Under the pieces are notes generated by a model that was not told where the DNA came from, did no database searches, and saw only the letters and a list, made by a program, of their open reading frames with translations. From contig NC_134032.1 in the NCBI RefSeq assembly GCF_964204645.1, positions 15,364,275 through 15,428,274 on the forward strand: a stretch of DNA of 64,000 nt, in the 5' to 3' direction. A program made the position numbers and the translations under genes. Positions 40,234-52,900 of the stretch are shown here, one piece after another. Each line of letters opens with the position of its first letter. Positions within the stretch are counted from its first letter, which is position 1. The stretch is from Tubulanus polymorphus (Eukaryota; Animalia; Nemertea).

Positions 40234-41891
40234 ACACATTGACCGATCAGTTGACCGATCATTGACCGATCAGTTCAGTGAAAAAATGTCTGGTAGGAGA
40301 GAAATAAACCATTATATTCTATTCTATTCAATCAGTTTTTGAATCCGGATAAATTCAAGATATTTATGAAATTATGATCAGACCAGACCGTGGGATGGTT
40401 ACGCGTGTTGCATTCATTCAAAGCACGTAATTTGTAGCGAAGACGATGAAATTACGATAAAACCCAATTCTTCATCCCTCTCTGTCTCTGTTTGTGAGAT
40501 GAGCGACTGGAATTCAATTAAAAATTCGCTTCGACGTTTCGTCTTGTGTTTCTATATTTATTCAATCGTCGTTTCATCGAATGCGTCACTGTTTTTGTCG
40601 TCGCCGCCGGTGTTGTCCTCCTAATTACGCACGGTCTATCGAAGTTGCTAATTTCGAATTGACGGCGGCGGTACACGCGAAACGACGACAACGAGAAGTC
40701 GGCTGTCGGAATTTGTCTCATCCGTTGTGTTTGCTTAACCGTGAACAAATCGTATCGACATCAGTCGTATCGCAACCGCGCTACCACGCACGTCTGCTGC
40801 TGCAAACACTGCTATCACGTGACTCGATTTTCATACCGATTTGCATATATGCAAATAAGGAGAACAAACCGATGAAAAACGTGAAAGGATTTTTTACTCG
40901 TCCGTTTGTTAAGATAATAAAGTCAAGATAAGATAAGATAATTTTGTTACTTTCCTCTGATAAACATGACAGGAAAAATAATTTTCTATTTCACAAATAT
41001 TCGCGAAAGGAACGTAATATCTAAGAAAGATCGACGATATTTTTAATAGATTCGGCTTCTCGAAAAGTTCGTGAGTCAAAGGAGAGTTTCTACTCTTCTG
41101 AGCAACTCCTGGGCCCTGTAACTTTCCAATAAATTATGACAGGACAAATAATTTTCTTTTTCACAAATATTCGCGAAAGAGACCAAAATATCTAAGAAAG
41201 ATCGACGATATTTTTCATAGAATCGGCTTCTCGAAAAAGTTTATAGAGTCATATGAAACGTTTCTCAAAGTTTCTCGAGGTTTCCAAATGTATTATTTCT
41301 ACTCCTGGGCGACAGGGCCCCCTGGAAAAATCGATACAAATCTCAACCGTTTATAATCAATTAATCAATCAAGCGCACATTTTGAACATTTTCAGTTTTG
41401 ACAATTCACTGTTGAACATATCTAATCAAATTTATAGATAGGTGAGTTTGATTTCTTTCTAAGTGAGTTTGATTTCGTGAACTGATGCGACTTTGACACT
41501 TCCTGTAAAGCGCGATAAATACACCACTAACCATTCACCCTATGACGTCACTAATTAGCACGTGCCGCCCATGCCCACGTGTGATCGGCTATTTTACTGG
41601 TGTTTTGTTCTCGGCGCAATGGACCAATTAGGACACCTGCGAGTCTGTTAACTGTCGACAACCCTTGCACGTATATGACACCTGCAGGTCTGTTGAATGT
41701 CAACTAGCTGCCGCCTGAGACACCGATAATAGCGTGAGAATTCCAGCATGATTAGAAAAAAATAAAACATTAAATTCTCCTTCCACCATTCGTAACATGC
41801 CACCGTAATTAGTGACGTCATAGAGTGATGATGATGATGATTATGATGATATATCATGGCAGCTCCATTCTCTAAAATACTCGAAATTTCT

Positions 41892-42018
41892 GGGGCCAGT
41901 TGCTCAAAAGTTGGTTATAGTTAACCAGTGGATAGTTGACATAGTGACAGTTGAAAGTTCGTTGTTACTATGGTATCTATCCACTGGTTATCTTTAACCA
42001 ATTTTTGGCAACTGGCCC
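41892..42018. mobile_element. MITE family A
   Basis: ggggccagttgctcaaaagttggtta ... taaccaatttttggcaactggccc. Confidence 0.75.
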
Positions 42019-43335
42019 GGCTGCTTATGACAGAAAACCACTGATTCTGCCGATACAAAGATATCGTTTTTTTCCTCGTAAAATCCCCTTCATTCGATCA
42101 AAGTCCGTACGTGTCGGGTTTGGGGCGGAGTCGCTACGATTTCTCGCTCTAGAATCCCAGTTTACCCGTAAAGGTACTCACTACTCACGAAGAGACGACG
42201 TTTCTTTCTTACCTATGATTATGTTAGCGGACAAATGAATAAAACGCGAGGTCGTTCTTTGTGTTCGAACGAACAAAATCGATTTCATGTCGCTCAAATC
42301 GAAAACAAAGATTTCACCGGAAATTGTTGAATTACAATATTCGGGCGAATTCATTTCTGTCCACCGCGTACGAAACACACAAAAAAAACTATTCTACGAA
42401 TTTCTACGATATTTTGTTCATTCATGAAATTCATTCATATTTTTTCGGCCCCCGATTGTTGCGCGAGTGTCATTGGAAACCGTTCGACGCATTGTTGACC
42501 GCTGCGATGTATGAATGAACGCTAGCGGGATTGGTCAATAATGGTGCGGGGTCAGCGTCACTGATTGACCGCCGTATCAACAATACGGTAAAAACCCAAC
42601 AATACGAAACGGAGAAAAAAGATTCCGAAAAGTTTTCTTTGAGTTAAAGTAGAATTCCACTATATCGTAATGGCCATCTTCGAGAATACTGAAGTGACCA
42701 CTGTAGTGACCATTGTCCAGCGTCTAAACAACTGACCACTACAGGATAGGCGCTTAAACAATCAGTGTACAATAGTACCTTCTATGATTGGGCCTTGTTA
42801 AAAATCTGGGCAACCTCAATGCACAATAGGTTTATTATGTTCGTAAAAGGTACTCGGCGCCTCGTCCGGTTCAATCGAAATCACGTTTGATATTGTTATT
42901 TACGATGTCGATGTTTTTAACGAGTTTCATTCATGATTTTGACCGCGGTGCGCAGCAGACGACAGCGCGATAGCAGCTCTTGTGTACCGACAAACCGTAT
43001 CTGAACGGACAAACTTTATAATCGTCTTGGTTACGTTGTTCAAAGTATATTTCGTTATCCGTTGTTATTCAACTCGGGATTAAGATAAGGATACGCGTTG
43101 AGTTAATCCGGATAAACCGGCCGTTTCTGTTAGGAAGTTTTACTATAGATTGTGTAGGCGACGGGTTTCGTTCATTCATTGGAGTTCACAATACACGGGT
43201 CATTCCTACATGATTCGCGTTTCATACGTCTTTCAACTGAATACATAGAAAATGGAGGTAAAAGTTATTCAATTTTCATCTGAAAATGTGGTTATTCAAT
43301 TTTATGGAAAAAAATGTCGTTCGATATTGAGATTT

Positions 43336-43637
43336 AGAAAAGTTATTCAATTTTCGTTTATTAAAAAGTTATTCAATTTTCGTTTATTAAAAAGTTATTC
43401 AATATTCGTTTATTAGAAAGTTATTCAATTTTCGTTTATTAAAAAGTTATTCAATATTCGTTTATTAGAAAGTTATTCAATTTTCGTTTATCAAAAAGTT
43501 ATTCAATATTCGTTTATTAAAAGGTTATTCAATTTTAGTTTGTTAAAAAGTTATTCAATATTCGTTTATTAGAAAGTTATTCAATTTTCGTTTATTAAAA
43601 AGTTATTCAATATTCGTTTATTAGAAAGTTTTTCAAT
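43336..43637. repeat. 26-bp minisatellite
   Basis: Unit aaagttattcaattttcgtttattaa, about 11 copies. Confidence 0.93.
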
Positions 43638-44067
43638 CATTATTGATGTTGTTAAATTTTCATAGTACTTTCTCACTTTAACTGCAATCAGCGGTTAATG
43701 TATATGTTATCAGAGCTTTGGTTAGACGTACTCGGGATTGTGGTCATTAAGAGGGGCAGTATATATATAGTGTCGGAACCCTGGGTGGAACGCATCAAAT
43801 TACTCAGATTACAATTACATAATTAATGTATTAGGGACTTAAATGCTGCCGATTATTGGTTGTTTATTAATTATATACTTAATTATTCCATTCATTAATT
43901 AACTAGTGCGTAATTAAAACTAAATCATGCAAGAATGAAGCAAAGACTGGCATCCTGAAAAGGAACTATTATTCGAAAAATCCATTAATCAAATTTCGTT
44001 TTGTTTTGTGTATTTTGCAGAATGAACGCTTGAGGTCGCCACCGGCCGACAGCATATTTCAGTCAAG

Positions 44068-46644
44068 ATGAGATGGAAAGAGTTAATGGTGAATTCTCTC
44101 CCGCGAAGTTGGACGAAAAATCGAAAATTGAGGTCTCAACAACAACAACAACAACAACGTACGGTGACCTTGAAACACAAACAACTCGACGACAACGCCA
44201 ATACTAATGACGTCACCGATTTATGCGTAGCCAAAATCGTTCGCAATGACGTCGACGATTTGTGTCTAGTCAACAACGATTTAAACGACGTCGTCGACGA
44301 CAACGACGACGACCGGAAGCAGACGGACGACGAAGACGACGATGAAACACGTGACCTAGCCGAATTGTATGACGTAGCGCGCAAAAACCAACGCGTCACG
44401 CGACAATTATATAAACAGGAACTTGACGAAACCGGAAATACGATTTTGAAAACCGACTTCATTCTTACGAACAACTTGAACGATCCGAAACAGTTTAAAT
44501 GTTCGTGCTACAAACACATATCAGTGCTGCCACCTGACGGCGGCGTCGAGAACGAAAAGTGTTTCTTCAACGATCTTGTCGCCGAACAAAATGCGCACAA
44601 TATAACTGCCGCTAATTCGACGACCGTGGTGCCAAAAACTAACCCGAAATTCAGCATCGATTCCGATCTGGAAGATTTGAATAATTGCGTCACGCCGAAA
44701 ATACGCACGCGCATTAAAACCAACCCGTGGATTCCCAGTCCGAAAATATCGCCCAATTCGTCTGAGGCGAATTCGTGTAATACGTCATCGAATTCATCGC
44801 CTACGTCATCGCTTTCGCGGTCGCGTTCCGCTTCGTTGAACAAAGAGCAGTTAACGGCCGCTTTGTGCGCATGCGTCGACGATACCGCGTCTAGTACGTC
44901 TGATTTAGGTTCGGAAGCGACCGGAAGTACGTTAGACTCTCGGTCCGCGCGTGCGCTGAAACACCTGTCTCTGACGTCAGACGGCAGCGCCGCCAGCGTT
45001 TCGTCTACCTTCAGCGACGCCGGATTCGGGTTTTCCGAATCGCTCGATGACGTCACGGTTAACACGCTCGGAGCACGTGACCACCACCATCACCTCCCCC
45101 GCGACGACGAAGAGTTTATCGATTATGAAACAGAGTTCGAATCGTTGATCGAAAACGTCGACAGTCCTCATTTGGGAAAGATGACCGCGCAGGGAGAGTG
45201 TGGTTCCTGTTTCTCCTTACAACGCCTCCAGGTGGAGCTAGCTGTCGACAGCAGGTGAGAGTGATTAAATTATGATAATTATGACAATCATTACTATTCT
45301 TACTTTAATTCTTATTCTTATTATTTTTCCTATTCTTATTATTTTTCCTATTCTTATTGTTTTTCCTATTCTTATTGTTTTTCTTATTCTTATTATTTTT
45401 CCTATTCTTATTGTTTTTCTTATTCTTATTATTTTTCCTATTCTTATTGTTTTTCTTATTCTTATAGATTTTTTATTCTTATAGTTTTTTTTATTCTTAT
45501 CATTATTACGATTATTTGAGGTATTAGAAAACCAAACTTAAGAAATAGTTAGATTTATAGGAGTTTGTAAAAAAAACAAAAAATAACTTTGATACTTTTT
45601 CTGGGTATTTTACATAGTTCATGAATAACAACGTTTTTTTAAAAATTGTTAGAAGTGTAAATAAATTCTTTTTTAATCCATTGCAGACGATCGACACCGA
45701 TTCGACGACGCAACTCGAACCGTCAGACCTACGTAATCGACGGTAAAATACTCAATACAGCCGTAGTTGACGTTAACGCTGGAAATTCTTGCGTTTTCAC
45801 GACCGATTGGTTCCTGAACGCCGATAACGGCAACAAACTGACTTCGTCATCCGACATACGTGCGCGCGACATACGTCATACGTCATCGGACGTCGAACAC
45901 GAAACTAAAATGAATACTAGCGTCGATAGTGACGTCATAGAGCGCGATTTCGAGCCCGATTCCGAGTCGGAAGATGAACTTCATTATTACCTAGACGACG
46001 TTGACACCTATACGGACGACGACGTCGAATTGGAGCGTAAAAGCGCAAATGACGTCATCGATTATGACGGCGACGTACGCGGCGTTAGTTGGTTGGAGGA
46101 ATATCTCGAAACGGAAGTAGAGGGCGCTCGTATCGATTTTGACGCGCCTGTATCGGAAGATGATCACGTGGTTCCCGATCTGGAACACAGTATAGAAGAC
46201 AATAATATGTATTGCGTCATCGATGACGCAGCGGAAGTCGTGGACGAACGTCGATCTAGTATCGCCACTCCCGTCAGAGGGCGTCGTCACGAGCAGCGAA
46301 TCGTCGCGCAGGTGGCGCCACGGCGGTCGATAGGAGAAATACAGGAGAGCTTGCAGGATAAAGTTTTAAAGTTACGCCAGGAGAAACTGATCGTCGAAGC
46401 GAAACTGAAACAAGCGAAAGAGGAACAGGATATGCGCAGACAGGTGACCGCTCAGTTCCAGCGGCAGGTGACCAGCCATCGTAAACAGGTCCTCATGCGA
46501 ACACTATCCGATCTGCGCAGACGACTGGAAGGTCAATGTTCAAGGTTACAGACGAGTTATAGTTCGGTGTTGAGCGTCCAGAAGAACGTGATTCGCCCGG
46601 CGAAACTTCGACAAGCGGCGAAACTGAGAGAGGCGCCATTTTAA
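44068..46644 (+). CDS. Uncharacterised acidic/Ser-rich protein with a C-terminal coiled coil, about 714 aa; coding exons 44068-45254 and 45687-46644
   Basis: Acceptor ttttgcag at 44020, in-frame stop upstream of ATG 44068, donor AG|gtgaga at 45254 and acceptor ttgcag|a at 45686. The phase-2 join is in frame with the 45910-46644 ORF. Heptad-like region IQESLQDKVLKLRQEK...LQTSYSSV. Confidence 0.85.
45305..45500. repeat. 18-bp intronic minisatellite
   Basis: Unit ttcttattgtttttccta. Confidence 0.9.
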
Positions 46645-46877
46645 ATCAACTCGTCGAGTCAGCTTACTGTGAACTTCAGTCTGTGTCTTATTCTATTTCA
46701 TAACAATTTCATAATAATCGTTCAGCCTGAGCTTTAAACAGTCAGCTTAGTGCTAGTCGTGTGCGAATACTAGTCCGTTTTAGTCCGTTTGTTCTCTAGT
46801 CAATAAGGTTGTAAACCTGGGGTCGAAAGTAAGATGTACAATTTCTTTGATGATGAATTTTGTATATACTGTGAGAT

Positions 46878-47095
46878 CGAAAGTATTCGGGATGGTTCGG
46901 GCGTCTTCGGAAATATGATAAGGCGGCCCGGTAGCCGTCGGAAGTATTCGGGATGGTTCGGGCGTCTTCTGAAACATTACAAGGCGGTCCGGTAGCCGTT
47001 GGAAGTATTCGGGATGGTTCAGAAGGCATCGGAAGTATTGGGGAAACATTCGTGAGCCGTCGGAGATATTCGGGATTGTTCGGGAGCCGTCGGAA
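46878..47095. repeat. 60-bp (about 30-bp subunit) tandem repeat in the presumed 3' UTR
   Basis: aagtattcgggatggttc recurs at 60-bp spacing. Confidence 0.8.
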
Positions 47096-49995
47096 AGAAT
47101 GTGTAGTAACTAGTTTTTGTCGCGAGGAAAAATTTCGTATTTTTGCATGATTGTGTCGTATTTACGCTGTTCTAGTCGTTATCTAGTCCGATAGAGTGCG
47201 CATTTGAAAATAAAGCCCGATTTCCGCACTTCCAATAATGCGCACCGTTTGCAGGTGTTTCTAAGATACGCGTATCGTTGATGTTAATTCGAATTCGGAA
47301 GTTCAAATATATGTATATGTAATTTCTATCAATCGACGGTTTTATGATAAGGTCATCTACATATTATAGAAAATAATGTATACGTTCAGTGTATTGTTGC
47401 TTTATGCGCGCTGAAATCTTTCGAAATTCGGGATTCGAACCCATCGAACGGTGACGGAAGACCGTTAGGTTCAAAAATATCGGTTCGGATCCCTGAATTA
47501 AGTATGCATTTATATCGATGTGCTTTTCGTGTGCAAATATAATCTCAAAACACTTCATCATATTACCAAACGATGTTCACTTTCTAAAACAATATACAGG
47601 GTAAATGTATGCAAATTGCATGTTACTTATATGCAAATTACATGTAAATTAACGTACGTAATTTGAATATATGTATGTAGGCGTGACCAGTGCAACGTGC
47701 GCGTATTTGGACCGGGGAAAACCCGCCGTCTATTTTAGGGTTTGTTACGTATATTTGTTTATCCGTTCGTTCGTTGAGAATATTCGCGAAAAGCAATCGA
47801 TTTAAAAACCACAACTTGATGTTCTGAAATGAAATTCATTGAATTTGAAAATAATTTGCTCAATTTTGTTGTGTTGAAAAAAAAACCGTTTAGTTTTGAT
47901 ATTTTGTAGCGCACTCGTTTTTTTCTGCACCACTCTGTTTTCAGGCTTCTCATAATAGCCCTAAGAGTGTATAATATATGTTAACCAACCTAAATCTTGG
48001 CTTTTCAAATGAATATTCATTAAAAAAAAAGAATTAACATATAATCATCCCCATGCTGGGATTCAGAGTTCAACAATCCTTGAAATGAAAGTAATGGGAA
48101 GAGATGCAGGGGTTGTTTATATCGCCATCGGGTTCGAATCCCAGAAATGGTGACGATTTTTCTTCAATACGTCTACAGCGCACGTGGAGTTCGTAGTTTA
48201 GAAGTTTTAGAACTTCTTCTTTCGATTTGTTTCGTATTTTCTTCATAGAATTTAGACTTTACGCAAAGTTTAAGCTAAAGACGGTACAATTCTGGGCTCA
48301 GTCTGACAAAAATAGGCTAAAATCTCTTTTGTTGTAATTGTCATTGGTAACTTCATGTTTTCAATGAGGACAACAATTCAAACTTTTTCGCGAAACCTTG
48401 TTGAGAAAACAAGTTATATCTTCTCAAAACTTGACATCGAATCCGTTGGCTTTACTGACTTCTTATGGATTGTAATAAGAAGTTGCACTTTCGCTTTAGC
48501 CTCATCCAACAGGTACCTAGACTCGATTAGCTTCTAGGTAACATTATCCATTTGTCGTATAGAATATATCCATGTTGAATAATCCGCAATAATGGCGACC
48601 GTTTTTTTTTCTCTCTCACTCTACTTCTTCATTGTAAATAATTCAAAATTGTGATATGCGTCTTACTTTCGATAGTGGCTCCCTCTTTCTGAAAACCTGA
48701 TAACTAAATTAAAGAAAATATTGAGATATCGATTCTTGTATCGATTATGATGTAATATTTATTATTGTATATGTTATAATTATTACGATGATTATTATGA
48801 ATGTATTTTATGTTTCATTTCTGTCACGAATAAATTTCCAAGTACACTGTACTAATTATACACATAAACAAACTGCGATTGTCGTTGGTTTGATCGATAT
48901 TTTTTCAAATTTTTTTTTTCTAGAAAAATTGAAAGGCAAAGGCAGAAAATGAAATTTAAAAAGGGGAAAAATGAAAAATATCTAAATTTTTGCCAATCTT
49001 TGGAAAAATTTTGAAAACTAATAGACTTTTACAAGTTACAGGATTGAAAGTCAAGATGGAAATATCAAAAGATTTTAAACATTTTTATTTTATTAAATAT
49101 GTGTAACGTAAACACGAAGGAGGATTTAAAAAAGAATTTCTTTTTCATTTGATGATTATTACAGAATTTCGTGAAGCGGATCCGTGGTGCTCCAAGTAAA
49201 AGCCTAAACGCAGCCTTCCATCTATCTATCTAATTCTCAAGTTAATCTGATAGTTCTATTTATCTCTGAGCGCTTCAGTCTCTCTATGAGACAGCCTTTG
49301 TCGTCTTTCCAAGCATCCAGCCGTCTGCGTACTTACGGCATGTAAACTAAATGCATGTTTTACGCGGTTTGTATTTACACATTATTTTCAAGTAAAGTCT
49401 TAAAACTCGTGACGATTTATTAACTCGAGTAATGATTGTTGTTATTGACCCCTTCATCATTTTCAACACCTTGACGTTAATTCGAGATATTTCTACATAA
49501 ACATCGCCCCCTATCGGCCACTACCCCTCCCCTTTCCTCATACTAACCCCTCCACTTGGCAATATATTTGATATTTCAACCTAAATGCTTTCCCGGAAGT
49601 GAACGATGACGACTTAATGTCAAGGTCAGTTTAATTTGATCGCCGCCGGCCTGTTCAAGTCGAGCTCGGCGTACTCGTCCATACGACCGTCGTCTGCTTC
49701 ACCTACCAGCGACAACTCTCGTCGACCAGCTGATGCAGTCACGCCATCTAGCGGAAATTCACCGAAATCAGCGTAAACCGTTCCGTCTGCGCCGATCAAC
49801 TGTAAAATATGAAATGAAAGTTGCTGAAACGATATTTAACCCCGAGGATCCTGAAACATCCGCCCTTCTGCCCAGTTACAGTGGATCGATTGCCCAAAAA
49901 CTTAACACTGGTCTTGAGTCTAGACTGGGCTGAAGTTTTTAGATCGACGATTGAATCGAAATTGGCTTCGACTGGTCTTAAGTCAAAGTCTTGAC

Positions 49996-52900
49996 TCAAA
50001 GTAAATCTGGGTATTGAGGTGTCCTTACCCCTTTACTTGAGTTGTCGATTGTCATATCGTCAGGTTCAAGGCCACTTGGGTCAAGGCCACTTGGTTCAAC
50101 GTCACCTGGGTCAAGGCCACCGGGTTCGTAGATGGTGTTCACGAAGACGCTATCGCTTTCTTCGGGTTCAAGGCCACTGGGTTCGTAGATGGTGTTCACG
50201 AAGACGCTATCGCTTTGTTCGGGTTCAAGGCCACTGGGTTCGTAGATGTCGTTCACAAAGACGCCATCGCTTTCTTCGGGTTCAAGGCCACTGGGTTCGT
50301 AGATGTCGTTCACGAAGACGCAACTGCTACCGGTAGGGGGAGCCACGATGCTAACGTCGTTAACGTAGATAACGTTGTCGGCATAATCTTCATTGTTGAC
50401 GTCGTAACACGTGACTTGAGCGTCGTTGACAACCTCGCTGTAGACGGCTATTTCCGGTGTTGCTGACGTCATAGACGTGACGGGAGTCGGTGAGTCATTG
50501 AGATTCACTCGCTCTGAATTTTAAAAACAAAAAACGAATAATGACTAAATAAAATAAGATGATCGACGATTTGTTGTGTTAACTAATTGTGACCCCGCCA
50601 GATGGCGTAACTAACAGTAGGTTTTGCGCGAGGAGAATTTGTTCATTTTCATTCAATATTTCTCAACATCCGAATACAAATACAAATACATTTTGTTGTC
50701 AAGCAAGCGCCACCTAGCTGAACCTTGATTGCCACAGTAGGCGTTTCATTCTTGAATCCTTAGTTCATTGTAGCACCACCTTGTAGATCACGGCTGCACA
50801 CTAACGCTACCTAGCGGATCATTGATTGCCACATTAGGCATGATTATTTCCCCAAGACGTGGAAGACTGACTTCAATCTAGCTCCACCTAGCGGATTTCT
50901 CGATTATCACACTAGTTTCGTCAAATCCCGCACGTGAAAGACTGATTTCTGTACAAGCTCCACCTGGCGGACGATCCTCGCATGCCATAGTAGCGTTTCC
51001 GGAATAGAGCGAGGTAATTAACCGAACTGTTACCAACGCCACCTGGCTTACAAAGAGTTCACTACAAGAACTTCTCCCCTATCGAGGTTTTCGATACGTA
51101 CTTGTCGTCTGCTGAGTTCGTCTGCGATGACGGAACACCAAACATACGACAACAATGATAATCAACAACACGACCAGTACGCCACCTATCGGTATAATTA
51201 TCTGCATCGGCATATCGAAGACGGTGGCGCCATTTGGTTTCGACTGAACGCCAGAACCGGACGAAGCTGTAAAATATTTCAACCAGGAAAAAATGAAGCG
51301 AGGAATAGCGATACATACAATGCGCACATATCATCTGAAATATATAATGGAAAAATACTTTGAATGTAATGAAACTAAAAATCTCTTTTTGGCTGACAAT
51401 AAAAAGGATAATAAAGTCTGCGAACAATAGAAACGATTCGTAATTGAAAAATGTAATTTCTATTTTATTTCAAGTTAAACTGAATGATAGTTTATGTATA
51501 TAAATATAAGCAGATAATGGTTTTATTTGTTAGATCCACGGCGTAAAATAAACTGACTCATTTGTCGCGGGCTTTTCGGCGAAAATGGAATTTACGAACT
51601 TATGTCTAAATACATGTATTGATCGTCGTGATAGTTATTTGTGGGATTCGTGACGTGGCAAAGTTATGTCGTATCCCATCGATATCCAAATTGTCTGATT
51701 TCATCGAAAACTATATAGCGTTTGTGAGACCCTACTGGTCGAGTAGGTTACCGGTATTACAGCATCTTCAAAAAGAAAGGTTTAAGCTTAAAACGGTTTG
51801 AATTGAAGTTCGAATTGTTGTCCTCATAACATGAATTAATGATTCTTCGCAATTAATATCATAATTAATATAATAATATCATAATTTCATTAACTTATAA
51901 CGGTTCTAACGGCTAGGTTTGAATTATTTTAAAAACCAATTCGAGGTAACCATTAAAGCAAATAAACCGAAAAATTTGGTTTAACTTTCATCCAGCAATT
52001 GTAACTAATAGGGTTTGATTTACGATTTATAAAACTGTTATTGATCTTAAGAGGCGTGGTTTTTATTCAAGCGTATCAAAAAGAGGGCGTGGTTTAATTT
52101 AAATATGTTAATTACCACCACCTACCTGGAATTTTAAATGCAGTAACCACGCTCTGTTTGGTCATACTGACACTAGATGTCGCTGAAATCGATGTATTCA
52201 AAAAGAAGAGGGAAATAATGAAGGTCATGCTGACGAGGATAGAAGTGAAGGATGAAAGGAGATCAAGAGGAAGAGAAGAAGGAAAGGAGAAAAGAGAGGA
52301 GAAAGCGTTGAGTTAATGGACGATCTTTAAACGAATTTAACATATTACCATCTGTCGATAAAGTAGCGTTCTCTGTCGGCTGTACGGTGCTGCCCTCTTC
52401 GCGTTTGGCTAAAACTACGTTAATAAGTAAAAAGTAAAAATGAATCAATTGAAATGTGTATTTCTAGTAATAATTCATGATCAGGCGGCCATCTTGAATG
52501 ACGCAATATGCAAGGATTGCCTAGCGATTCCAAATGACACGAGACCCAAAAATGGTTGCCTCAATGTTAAATACTTACCAAGGGTCGTGATAGTCGGATT
52601 ATATAGTGGTTGCTCATCACCGCGGTACATCCATTTTTTATAACAATTGAATGTATAAGTGACCTCGGTTCCGTTCACTATTCGCATCAATTCAACCTAT
52701 CGGAAAAGGGGAAATATATAACAGGTTATGAATAAGCTAAAAGCTGGCGTCTCTTCAAATCTAATCAATTGCAATATTAAAAGAATATTTTGTTTCAAAT
52801 TCCACATTCAGGGCTGCAGTTACTCAAAGGTTGGTTGAACCGGCGGATGAATACCATAGTAACAATGAACTTTTAATCGTTACTATGTCATCAGGGAAGT

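Noticed and set aside
44136-45171. Antisense ORFs over the 44-kb gene (also 45991-46290, 50019-50466 and 63305-63670)
   Set aside because: They are shadows of the real coding strand with no independent signals.
51600-51770. Extra exon of the PLAT receptor after the acceptor-like tttttgaag
   Set aside because: All three frames reach a stop within 22 codons. A 30-nt micro-exon or a secreted-form terminal exon is possible but unsupported.
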